A DNA stretch of 64,000 bases from Octopus vulgaris (Eukaryota): NCBI GenBank assembly GCA_951406725.2, contig OX597816.1:142600001-142664000 (forward strand), read 5' to 3'. This document shows positions 27,336-37,588 of this stretch, piece by piece; within the stretch, counting starts at the first letter, position 1, and every line of letters starts with the position of its first letter. The notes beneath the pieces were generated by a model that worked only from the letters and a program-made list of their open reading frames with translations, searched no databases and was not told the origin of the DNA. The translations under genes and the position numbers were made by a program.

Positions 27336-29761
27336 TAACACTCGTGTAGGTATGCCTTAAAATTTTATATCTAATTATAAAAACAACACGAGTATTTCGA
27401 TACTTAAAACTTTCATATGAGAATGTTTTCTTTTAGAAGTTGTGTTCAAAATTCCAGCTTAATGTACTACCAAACTCAGATGATTATGATGCTAGACTCC
27501 TCTAAATTCTTGATTATCTTGTATTAATTGAAACACGTAAGCAAGCTATCTACTCTTGTCGAGGAGACAAATACAGTTAAAACTTGTCTCTAATAAAAAG
27601 TTGTACCAAAATTCTTATCAATTTAATTTTGTTTATAAACAGCTTTAGCAACTAAGGCTTGACCTCCTTGGGTTGAGAAAGGTTATACGTTCTTGAAAAG
27701 TAATCTCACTCTCTTTCTCTCTCTCTTCTTCTTCTCTCATAATTTTCCTCTGTCTTATCTACTTTTTAAGCAAATAAAAGCTAGGTCACATAGTCACCTA
27801 GTTAGCCTATTTGTTAACGGAGAAATTGTAACAGTAATGAAAAAGATGTTTACATTAGTGTACATTTTAATTTAACGTCAAAAAGGAAAAATATAATTGG
27901 ATACTAATTTTTTTTTTGTATCTTATATACAGTAGGTCATATTTTGTATTCTAAATAGTCAGGTCATATCATTAATGTTATAGGGAACGCTCGCGCGCAC
28001 GCACACATACATGCACAGCTGAAGGGAAGCTGTTAGTTTGTATAAATTACGTGGCATGTAATTTCATCACCCGGTAATTTTATCCCAAGGTAATTACATA
28101 GTGAGCCAATAACATCGGTAAAAATTCATCATCAAAGTTTTATTCGTAGAGTAAATGTCATATTTCAATGAAAAAAAAAAAGGTGGGGGATCAAAGACGA
28201 ATATCTAGACATCTTGAAAATGAATGGAATCATCCGGAAGTAAATGTTTCAAATTTGGGCAGAAGTCCAGCAATTTCAGTGAGAGGGAACCTAACTGCTG
28301 GTTTATTATTTTATCGACCAGAAAGAATGAAAGGTAAAGTTGACCTGCATGGTATTTGAACTTGGAAAGTAAAGAGTCAAATAAATATCGCAAGTCCGAC
28401 ACACTTATGATTCTGCTAACTCGCCGCTTTCGGGAATGAAGTAATGATAGAACTAAAGAGTTTCGATAAGAAAGAAAACCAAAATTGCGAAATACTGCTG
28501 CGGCAATTTGCCTTTTGAGAATGCTCCCCCTCCCCACTTTAGTTATTTTTTATTTTTTAAATGATTCTATTTTTAGAAATAACGGTGATTTAAAACAAAA
28601 AATTATGCACACACACACACACGTTTGTATGTACATTTGACATCGTGTGATGATTGTGAATAGGTATCACCGTTGTATAAGCGATGCTGTTCATTCCTAG
28701 TCTTCCATGAAAAACATGTCTGTAAACGGGAAAAAAATTACTTAGCTTGGAAACAAGTAAAGCTTGGTGGCAGGAAGGGCATCTGACGGAAAAATCTGCT
28801 TCAATAAATTTCTTCTGATCCTTGCAAGCACGGAAAAGTGGACGTTAAACGATGATGATGATAAATAAATTTTTAGTTTAATTTCTATTTCATTAAGGAA
28901 ATGAAGCATATTATATTTATTCAGTGAATAAAAATGTAAAATGTTTAGCTGTGTATTTACTCAGCAGACCAAAAGCATGACGTTGAATTTGCCACTGATG
29001 TATTGACTCGCACTTAATTAGAAGCGATGCGATTAATTTGTTATTGTTAATTTACCACTTATTGTCTATTGGTGCTCTGTGTGTGTGTGTGTGAGAGAGA
29101 GAGAGAAAGAGTGCGCTTGTGTTTCTGTAAAACTTGGCTGCCTGTGTAGCGATGTTTCTTTTCATATTTAATTTCTAACAATAGCTAATAGCTTTGATAG
29201 AGATAACCTCTGCCAAATTGACTTGACCTTAGCACACGACAGGAAAGCGGTCTCTACTGCAGATGACTCAAACCCCTGTTAAAAATTAGGGCACATTTCT
29301 TTATATTGTTGTTGATAAAAATAAGCTCTTCCGTTACTTAAACTTTCTTGGTAGAGAGAGGTTCATCAGTTTATCGACGAAGGATTTTCGAAACTTTTCT
29401 TTGATATGTCCCTAATAAAGTCTTTCAGCGAGTAATTTCAAATAATGAAAAATTTAAGTTAATACATATACTAAATAGAATAGATTAATAAAACTTCAAA
29501 ATTTTCTCGAGAAGACTCTCACTGTTTTGAGTTGTCACCCAATCTGCTAACAGACATTAGATTTCCGCCTACACACTTCAGCAGGAAAAATTGTTTTCTA
29601 TAAAATTAATTCCTAAAATCAGTGTCTTTCCTTTTTAATAGCCGCCAACAATGATCTCTTCCCCCCCACCTCACCCCGTCTCTAAGGGGAATTTTATTCC
29701 ATTGAAAAGTTGTGCGTACGTCATTCACACATACATCATCATTTATCTACTTGCAAACAAT

Positions 29762-29796
<35 letters not shown>

Positions 29797-29818
29797 ATGT
29801 TACATTACTCGGTAGTCA

Positions 29819-29881
29819 AGATAAAACTCTGAGTTTCAGATGCCGAAGTGGAAATCCACAACACCATCTCTTCGGTTATCT
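29819..29881 (-). ncRNA. Variant type I hammerhead-like fold in the Penelope 3' UTR (left arm)
   Basis: Mirror copy of 33145-33207. Confidence 0.6.
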
Positions 29882-30075
29882 GGCTATTTGAAAACGTTAT
29901 GAAAAAATACCGTTAAAAATGAAGGGAAATTACTCTGTTATAACTCTGCTTTGCCTGCGTACTTATACATCGCTCGCATTTTTCGTCATAAAAATTATAT
30001 AAAAATACATAAAAATATATAAAAATATATAAAAATATATAAAATCTTCTTGGGACATAACACAGAAAGCATGTT

Positions 30076-31809
30076 CTATCCGTTTTCTTTAGGGGACCAA
30101 AAACGTAACAGAAATTTAGTTACATGTGGGCATGATCCGAAAAGCTCTGTCCTTGTATTTAGACATGTGGTAGGGTCTAAGCTGCTTTTCCAGATAAGCC
30201 ATCTCTCCATGTCGCATAAACCGCACCTTCCGCTGCCGTTAGTATAGGGCTTACATCTGGCCAAAATCTTCCATTGTATGTTATAATCGACACCTTTATC
30301 TCTTAAAGACCAAATATGATTGGATAATTGTGTCGCTTTTCTTTTGTTCCAGTGCCTAAAGCTCAAAGTGTGGTTATTGAACCTGGCCTTGAAATTACCC
30401 TCTGTCAGGCCCACGTATTTCTTCGTCGAAACGGTGTCTTTAGTGGTTATAGAGTTTACGGTAGCTTCATATATGATGGTCTTGGACATGCAAGCTCCAT
30501 TTAGCGGGCACAATTCTTTATTCCTGCATGAACAGCTGTTTTCTTCTTGTGTTTTTTGTATGTTATGATTGATTATGTTTTTAAAATTGGTAGTTGAACT
30601 AAAACTAATTTTTAAATTGTGTCTATTGAAGAGTTTCCTATAAGCATGGTTAACTGGAAAATGTCTATCTATCAGTGCTAGGAAATATTTACCTATATTG
30701 AAGGCCACCTCGGGTGAGTAAGGGGGCGTAAACCAGATGACCTTCCTATTTCTATTATTCCTTTTCCTTATTGTTGGGCTGGTGATAGGTGTATATTTTA
30801 TTTTTTCGCTAAAACCACTATCTTTTAAAGCTTTATTATAAACTGGGGCAACGCTATTGAAGATGTCCTCATTAGATGAGAGGCTAGAAATCCTCTTACT
30901 AATATTTTTAACTAAATTTTTGAATACTATAGGGGGATGGCATGAACCTACATTAATATAACTTAGTCTATCATTGGGCTTCCTATAAGGCTTATAAATA
31001 TTATTATTAAGATCTAAGGAAACGTCTAAGAAATTGACAACCGTCAGGTTAGTGTCTATAGTTATACTAAGTCCGAAGTGTTTCATTAACTGGATAATAT
31101 CCTTCCTAAAACGATCTTGTGCTGGTCCATTTGTATTAGCTGTTAAGGCGAGGGCATCATCTTTGTAGATGGCGAAATGTACGTTAGGGAATGTCTTACT
31201 GAAGGTATCTAGGAGAAAGAGTCCAATTAGATCACAGATGCCTGCCCCATCATATGAACCCATGCTCACATCGAAAGCGCCCTCCGTGTCGGTGTTTTTT
31301 ACCCACTTTGCATTCTCACTGAAAAGTAATGTCTTTCTAGCATGGAAGATTATATCCTTATCATTGGTACTAATTTCTATGAAGTCACTAGCGAAGATTA
31401 GGGCTTTATCTAGCAGTTCTTTAGAGATAGAGGCATAAAAATCAACAATATCGAATTGTGTAAACCTCGCTTTTTTCTTATTCTTAATAGCTTTAAACCA
31501 GTCTACGACTTCTATACTATTGGACCATTGCACTAGCCTAGTATCGGTCTTAATTTTCGTATTTATTTTATCTAAAATTTCTTTGCTAATAATCCCTAGT
31601 TCTGACTTGGCTGGGTTGATAAGCCTACATTTAGGATTGGAAAGGAAGTTTTCTTTGTGGTCTTTAATAGTAATAAAGGCCTCTTTTTGGGGGAGGGTTT
31701 CTATTTTTTTATCTAATTTAAGTTTAGCGGCGATGACGCTAGCTTCTTTATTAATTTCGTTATATGTCTGTGCCCTAGCCTTAGTATAATTATTAATGAT
31801 GCTGTTGTA
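30076..31809 (-). CDS. Penelope-like RT + GIY-YIG endonuclease, 5'-truncated, uninterrupted frame
   Basis: RT motifs ITIKDHK..CRLINP, FDIVDFYASI, MGSYDGAGICDLIG, YKDD, VNFLDV; linker CSCRNKELCPLNGAC; endonuclease IIY..YVGLT..RFNNH..HIW..CGLC..E..LN. The first ~16 aa of the listed 593-aa ORF are antisense read-in from the other arm. Confidence 0.93.
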   Translation of the reverse strand, partial: YNSIINNYTKARAQTYNEINKEASVIAAKLKLDKKIETLPQKEAFITIKDHKENFLSNPKCRLINPAKSELGIISKEILDKINTKIKTDTRLVQWSNSIEVVDWFKAIKNKKKARFTQFDIVDFYASISKELLDKALIFASDFIEISTNDKDIIFHARKTLLFSENAKWVKNTDTEGAFDVSMGSYDGAGICDLIGLFLLDTFSKTFPNVHFAIYKDDALALTANTNGPAQDRFRKDIIQLMKHFGLSITIDTNLTVVNFLDVSLDLNNNIYKPYRKPNDRLSYINVGSCHPPIVFKNLVKNISKRISSLSSNEDIFNSVAPVYNKALKDSGFSEKIKYTPITSPTIRKRNNRNRKVIWFTPPYSPEVAFNIGKYFLALIDRHFPVNHAYRKLFNRHNLKISFSSTTNFKNIINHNIQKTQEENSCSCRNKELCPLNGACMSKTIIYEATVNSITTKDTVSTKKYVGLTEGNFKARFNNHTLSFRHWNKRKATQLSNHIWSLRDKGVDYNIQWKILARCKPYTNGSGRCGLCDMERWLIWKSSLDPTTCLNTRTELFGSCPHVTKFLLRFWSPKENG

Positions 31810-32950
31810 TCTCCTAGATACCTTCAGTAAGACATTCCCTAACGTACATTTCGCCATCTACAAAGATGATGCCCTCGCCTTAACAGCTAATACAAATGGA
31901 CCAGCACAAGATCGTTTTAGGAAGGATATTATCCAGTTAATGAAACACTTCGGACTTAGTATAACTATAGACACTAACCTGACGGTTGTCAATTTCTTAG
32001 ACGTTTCCTTAGATCTTAATAATAATATTTATAAGCCTTATAGGAAGCCCAATGATAGACTAGGTTATATTAATGTAGGTTCATGCCATCCCCCTATAGT
32101 ATTCAAAAATTTAGTTAAAAATATTAGTAAGAGGATTTCTAGCCTCTCATCTAATGAGGACATCTTCAATAGCGTTGCCCCAGTTTATAATAAAGCTTTA
32201 AAAGATAGTGGTTTTAGCGAAAAAATAAAATATACACCTATCACCAGCCCAACAATAAGGAAAAGGAATAATAGAAATAGGAAGGTCATCTGGTTTACGC
32301 CCCCTTACTCACCCGAGGTGGCCTTTAATATAGGTAAATATTTCCTAGCACTGATAGATAGACATTTTCCAGTTAACCATGCTTATAGGAAACTTTTCAA
32401 TAGACACAATTTAAAAATTAGTTTTAGTTCAACTACCAATTTTAAAAACATAATCAATCATAACATACAAAAAACACAAGAAGAAAACAGCTGTTCATGC
32501 AGGAATAAAGAATTGTGCCCGCTAAATGGAGCTTGCATGTCCAAGACCATCATATATGAAGCTACCGTAAACTCTATAACCACTAAAGACACCGTTTCGA
32601 CGAAGAAATACGTGGGCCTGACAGAGGGTAATTTCAAGGCCAGGTTCAATAACCACACTTTGAGCTTTAGGCACTGGAACAAAAGAAAAGCGACACAATT
32701 ATCCAATCATATTTGGTCTTTAAGAGATAAAGGTGTCGATTATAACATACAATGGAAGATTTTGGCCAGATGTAAGCCCTATACTAACGGCAGCGGAAGG
32801 TGCGGTTTATGCGACATGGAGAGATGGCTTATCTGGAAAAGCAGCTTAGACCCTACCACATGTCTAAATACAAGGACAGAGCTTTTCGGATCATGCCCAC
32901 ATGTAACTAAATTTCTGTTACGTTTTTGGTCCCCTAAAGAAAACGGATAG
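31810..32950 (+). CDS. Second, more truncated copy of the Penelope-like ORF (from just before YKDD through GIY-YIG)
   Basis: Protein identical to the C-terminal part of the minus-strand ORF except S/G in DRLSY/DRLGY; the listed start at 31796 comes from junction sequence. Confidence 0.9.
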
Positions 32951-33144
32951 AACATGCTTTCTGTGTTATGTCCCAAGAAGATTTTATATATTTTTATATA
33001 TTTTTATATATTTTTATGTATTTTTATATAATTTTTATGACGAAAAATGCGAGCGATGTATAAGTACGCAGGCAAAGCAGAGTTATAACAGAGTAATTTC
33101 CCTTCATTTTTAACGGTATTTTTTCATAACGTTTTCAAATAGCC

Positions 33145-33207
33145 AGATAACCGAAGAGATGGTGTTGTGGATTTCCACTTCGGCATCTGAAACTCAGAGT
33201 TTTATCT
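33145..33207 (+). ncRNA. Variant type I hammerhead-like fold in the Penelope 3' UTR (right arm)
   Basis: AGAUAA-CCGAAGA-[GAUG..GUGG auuu CCAC..CAUC]-U-GAA-ACUC a GAGU-U-UUAUCU: stem I AGAUAA/UUAUCU, long stem II, near-palindromic stem III. Confidence 0.6.
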
Positions 33208-33316
33208 TGACTACCGAGTAATGTAACATATTGTATAGATAAATTTCCTCTATTTACATAATATTGAGGTCTCTTTCTTTCTTTTGTTATCTTACCGTTT
33301 TATCAATATATATATA

Positions 33317-34170
33317 GTGTAATAAATAAAATATATGCATACATACAAACATATATGTACGTACCTACATCTACATGTATATATACATGCATATATAAAT
33401 ATATATATACGTGAGTACAGGACATCAAAACTAGACGTAGAACTCAACGAGAAACGAAAACGGAAAAAACATTTTTTTACAACAGAAAAACAGAGATGTA
33501 GAACTCAACGAGAAACGAAAACGGAAAAAAACATTTTTTTACAACAGAAAAACAGAGTACAGGACATACTACACAAGGAAAAATCCCCTTCATCAGCTGT
33601 CACTAGTTCGACTCTAGCGTGTTTCGAAGGCAAGACAGAACACGACTCGCCAAACTAATCCTTCCTGCGAGAGAATTAAAATAAAATTACCTCGCAGAGG
33701 GGTAAAACCAAACAAGAAAAAAATGTAACACAAATAGGACGTAAAAACGATACAAATAAAACTACAAAATAAAATACAAGATAAAAAATACATGTACAAG
33801 AAAATACAATACGAGAAACAAAGATAAACAAACGAAAAGGCCTTTTTTCTGGCTGACGGAGGAGATGCTAGCAGCGCATGGGAACACAAATGTGTGTCTT
33901 TACAGTTTGAAGGCCGCGTGTAAAAGGAAGTAGTTTTGGCTAGCAGTGACAAAGATGAGGAGGAATGAGAGAGAGATAGAGGAAGACAAGCGGCTGAGAG
34001 AGAGAAGGGAAGGTAAAGCAAAGAGATAAAGAATTTCGCGTCATAATTATATATAAAACAGTCCTGGGAGAATAAGAACGGAACGGAACGAATCGAATCG
34101 AACCCGACGCGAGGGCGCTGTCAAACAATAGTGTAATAAATAAAATATATGCATACATACATATATGTAC
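33317..34170 (-). mobile_element. Non-coding (TA)n-associated repeat family, copy 3 (diverged subfamily), with an internal ~58-bp tandem duplication at ~33437-33557
   Basis: GAGTACAGGACATC motif, hammerhead block and CTGCGAG..AATTAAAATAAAATT..CTCGCAG hairpin in the same order as in copies 1, 2 and 4. Confidence 0.7.
33585..33644 (-). ncRNA. Hammerhead ribozyme-like RNA with non-circularly permuted strand order (copy 3)
   Basis: Minus strand: CGUGU-U-CUGUC uug CCUUC-GAA-ACACG cuagagucgaacuagu GACAG-CUGAUGA-AGG; stems III and I perfect, with different sequence from copy 1. Confidence 0.7.
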
Positions 34171-34213
<43 letters not shown>

Positions 34214-34224
34214 GGAGAGTCTCA

Positions 34225-34503
34225 TAGGGGCAATGACTGGCGAGCGAGACCTTTGGCGATGAAGACCCGTCAAGCCAAGTGAGATCGTAGTCATGGCTGA
34301 TGCTGGTGTCACATAACTGGCACCCGTGTCGGTGGCACGTAAAATCATCCATTGCACTCTGAGTGGTTGGCGTTAGGAAGGGCATCCAGCTGTAGAAAAC
34401 CATGCCAAATCAGACTTTGGTCTGGTGCAGCCTTCCAGCGCAACAGCTCTGGTCTAACCGTCCAACCTATGCCAGCATGGGCAACGGACGTTAAATGATG
34501 ATT
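34225..34503 (+). mobile_element. Retroposon 3' end (RTE-associated SINE/LINE tail ending in (TGA)n)
   Basis: GGCGTTAGGAAGGGCATCCAGCTGTAGAAAACCATGCC..TCCAACCTATGCCAGCATGG..ACGTTAAATGATG; related pieces at ~3290-3360, 3600-3690, 28740-28862 and 51990-52370. Confidence 0.6.
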
Positions 34504-34719
34504 ATATATATGAGAGAGAGATAAAATCTTTTAAGATTTCTTTTAGGCATAGCGATGCTAATAATCTGGTGTTAGAATTCAATATACATGTGCTTAGAAT
34601 AAAGCGTTAGTAATATGAAATTAAATAAATGACAAGGGAATAGGAATCAGGTAATCAGCTTCATTATCTCCACTGTAATGAAATTGATTACACAATTCAT
34701 GTCTGATTTATTTAATGAG

Positions 34720-34724
<5 letters not shown>

Positions 34725-34753
<29 letters not shown>

Positions 34754-35230
34754 TATATACATACGTATATGTACATATATATATTATATGCATATATACA
34801 TACGTATATGTACATATATATATATTATATGCATATATACATACGTATATGTACATATATATATATATATATAATATGCATATATACATACGTATATGTA
34901 CATATATATATATATATATTATATGCATATATACATACGTATATGTACATATATATATATATTATATGCATATATACATACGTATATGTACATATATATA
35001 TTATATGCATATATACATACGTATATGTACATACATATGTATATATTATATGCATATATACATACGTATATGTACATACATATGTATATATTATATGCAT
35101 ATATACATACGTATATGTACATACATATGTATATATATACATATATATTATATGCATATATACATATATATGTACATGCTTACATATGTATATATATATA
35201 TATTATATGCATATATAAATACGTATATGT
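34725..35230. repeat. AT-rich minisatellite, ~38-46-bp unit TTATATGCATATATACATACGTATATGTACATA(TA)n
   Basis: About ten tandem units with variable (TA)n spacer; explains the spurious YIYI ORFs. Confidence 0.9.
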
Positions 35231-35239
35231 ATATACATT

Positions 35240-35289
<50 letters not shown>

Positions 35290-35295
<6 letters not shown>

Positions 35296-35940
35296 CACAC
35301 ACACAAACATATGTGGGCACAGGACGTCACGAACGTGTACAACAAAAAAATACGAAGTACGAGTACATGGAATATGAACTATTTTTCGAACAACGAACGA
35401 CGCATGGAAAACAAGACAAACAACTCAAAGAACGACCCTTCATCACTTGTTGGTTGTTTTTCTACTCTCGTATCTCGAGCATTTAACAACAATATATGCT
35501 TTCGATAAAAGTTGCTTCCGCAAAGCAAATTAAATAAAATTTAGGATTTTGCGGAGGGTCAAAATTGGTAACACAAACAGGGCAGGGAAAACAAATAGGA
35601 AGGGCTGCTAAGTCTAAACGAGGTAGTGGTGGCGAACGCGTAAATCAAGCTTGGATAGGAGACAGACAAGAACATGTCTTCCTTGTTCCAGCTACAACGG
35701 AGAGAAGGAAAGAAACACAAGTTAGAAGAAAGAAAGATGACCGATACTCACGTGGTTCCCAAGTGAGCAAGGTAGGAGGAGTGAAGGAGAGAGTGGCAGG
35801 GTAATAGGATAGAAGAGTGGGAGAAGAGGAGGTAAAGGAATAAGAGACGGAAAAACGAAAGCGTAAAAATATCGTATAGAGTGCGCATCAGAATTAAGAT
35901 AAAACTTACTCGGAAGAGGATGCGTGGCTTTCAACCATAT
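35290..35940 (-). mobile_element. Non-coding (TA)n-associated repeat family, copy 4 (diverged subfamily)
   Basis: GGGCACAGGACGTC, CCCTTCATCAC block and TCCGCAAA..AATTAAATAAAATT..TTTGCGGA hairpin. Confidence 0.65.
35436..35498 (-). ncRNA. Degenerate permuted hammerhead-like motif (copy 4)
   Basis: Minus strand: CAUAU-A-UUGUUG uuaaaug CUC-GAG-AUACG agaguagaaaaacaac CAACAA-GUGAUGA-AG; stems retained with new sequence, core mutated (C3>G, A14>G). Confidence 0.5.
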
Positions 35941-35959
35941 AATAATATAATATATATAT

Positions 35960-36199
35960 AGGGTTGGCCAAAAGTCACCTGACAGTAAATTAAAACCCAT
36001 TTAATTACAAGATTAAAACAAAAATTATTTTATGAGTTTCGTTAATAAATAGACAAATATTGAAAAAACCAAAAAACGGTGATTTTTTTTTTAACTCACA
36101 GCATTCAATTATTAAACGTTCATAATTGGAATGAATAAATAAAATTGAATATTATTTATAGAAATTTGCTTTACTGTCGAGTGACTTTTGGTCAACCCT
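35960..36199. mobile_element. Tc1/mariner-type MITE
   Basis: TIRs AGGGTTGGCCAAAAGTCACCTGACAGTAAA / TTTACTGTCGAGTGACTTTTGGTCAACCCT, next to (TA)n. Confidence 0.8.
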
Positions 36200-36439
36200 C
36201 TGTGTGTGTGTGCGCGCATAGGTAATTCTATAAACCGGCCTTAACTTATATATATGTAACGAACTTAATGTGTGAGTGTGTATCTTGTCTTGTACTTTCG
36301 GGGTACAAGAAAGCAATCACTCTCACTAGCCGCTGCTTTAATAATCCAGAATTCTACCAGTCAGAAACAACAAGACGCAGACGTAAAATATATATATACT
36401 ACTTTATTCTCTTTCTTGGTAACAATAACAATAAGTGTG

Positions 36440-37400
36440 TTATCTGATGTCCTTGGTTCTGGGCGCGCAAGGCTGAAAGTTAATCGATTGTAATATTTAC
36501 AATGTTCAGCCGCCAAAACAGAAAGGGTCAAAATGGCGTCCGGAGGAAGAAGATGATGTCTGCAACAATCCAGGTTAAAGGCCTTTTGGTAAGGACTGCT
36601 AGAAGCAAGTTCGAACGGAGAGAAAATATGCGTGACCGTCTCCTTCAATCGCTGCTGTCCCAAGTCGCCGCTGCTGCTGCCAGCGGTCAAACGTTCTACG
36701 ACCCCCTTACCTTGGCTAACCACCAGGTAGGCAAAAGGGTCGTGCTTCCGGTGGTTCGCGCATGCGCGAGAGGGCCCTTCCTTTCTGTGCCTTGGTGAAG
36801 GCACCAACACGCGCGAAATAGAAAATGGACGGTGCGCGCGCGCGCACCGTTATAGTATCACTACATATATATATTTTAAAGTTAAGGCTAGTTTATGGAA
36901 TTACCTTAGGTTTCACGTCCATAAAGGGGTTACCTTTATGGCGTATCATTAGATCCTAAAACCCATTTGTCGTAGGTCGACGTGGGCCTGCTCTTGATAT
37001 GCAGCAGCGATGACATCAACTGCAGGTGAAGCCACTTGACGCAACGGAGTGATGCTTCTTATGTGCTCTTTCGTATTCTCTCTGTTGTTGCAAAACTCCT
37101 ACCTACTTGCGCCACCAGTCGTTCTTCGACAATCTCACTTCTCTCTACACTTTGAACTTGATTTCAGCAAAAGCGACCCTCCTCTTCTCCGAGTTTTCCT
37201 GTAGATGTCGCTGGTGCAGGCGTTGCCTTTCGTCTAACTGACAGGGCCCTAGGGTCTCCTTAGCAGCAGGGAAGATTGCCTTCTTTACCGCCTGCCAATG
37301 TTACTCGATGCTACTTAGTCCGTCTGAATTGACCGCAACTGTGATGACAGCAGTCAGTCTCCGACAGTGTTCCACATTTGCTAGTATGCTGAGGTCTCCA
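36440..37400 (-). pseudogene. Highly decayed, internally deleted Gypsy-type LTR retrotransposon relic (gag fragment and integrase C-terminus)
   Basis: Minus strand LDERQRLHQ../KLG resembles CsRn1-type gag; ETVTHIF..SPYQKAF..TID*L resembles integrase tail THVF..PPYxGPF..SIDRLKP; TGGAGACCTC at ~37390 resembles a tRNA-Trp PBS. Confidence 0.4.
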
Positions 37401-37500
37401 GTTATATATAAGAAGAAATTAAGGAATTTTTTCTTAGGTTATTTGTATACAATTACAAGTTTTTTGTTTCCCAATGAAGTATAATAAAATTAACATATGC

Positions 37501-37588
37501 ACGTCATTACTTTTAAGAATTTGTTCAGAACTTATGCTTCTACAGTAGATGCTTAAGCATTCAACAAATTCTTAAATGTAATGACGTA
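37501..37588. repeat. Short imperfect inverted repeat (hairpin/mini-MITE)
   Basis: ACGTCATTACTTTTAAGAATTTGTT / AACAAATTCTTAAATGTAATGACGT. Confidence 0.7.

Larger units (their letters stand above)
29789..33306. mobile_element. Penelope-like retroelement as a head-to-head inverted pair (arms 29789-31216 and 31810-33237, 593-bp spacer, ~70-bp extra 3' tail on the right) inserted in (TA)n
   Basis: Arms are near-identical reverse complements (3 mismatches seen); both encode RT C-terminal part plus GIY-YIG; TA repeats flank both ends. Confidence 0.95.

Noticed and set aside
31810-31857. Apparent start codon and N-terminus of the 593-aa Penelope ORF
   Set aside because: MAKCTLGNVLLKVSRR is antisense sequence of the other arm read across the junction, not a native start.
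30076-32950. Possible selenoprotein-type Penelope element
   Set aside because: No in-frame TGA in either frame; the ORF ends in TAG and the endonuclease is C-terminal.
30050-32976. Short antisense ORFs (30050, 30320, 31169, 31520, 32458, 32779)
   Set aside because: Shadow frames of the Penelope ORF, duplicated by the inverted repeat.
34647-35508. Long ORFs (up to 276 aa) and a CRISPR-like periodic pattern
   Set aside because: Translation of an AT-rich minisatellite; spacers are only variable (TA)n, not unique sequences.
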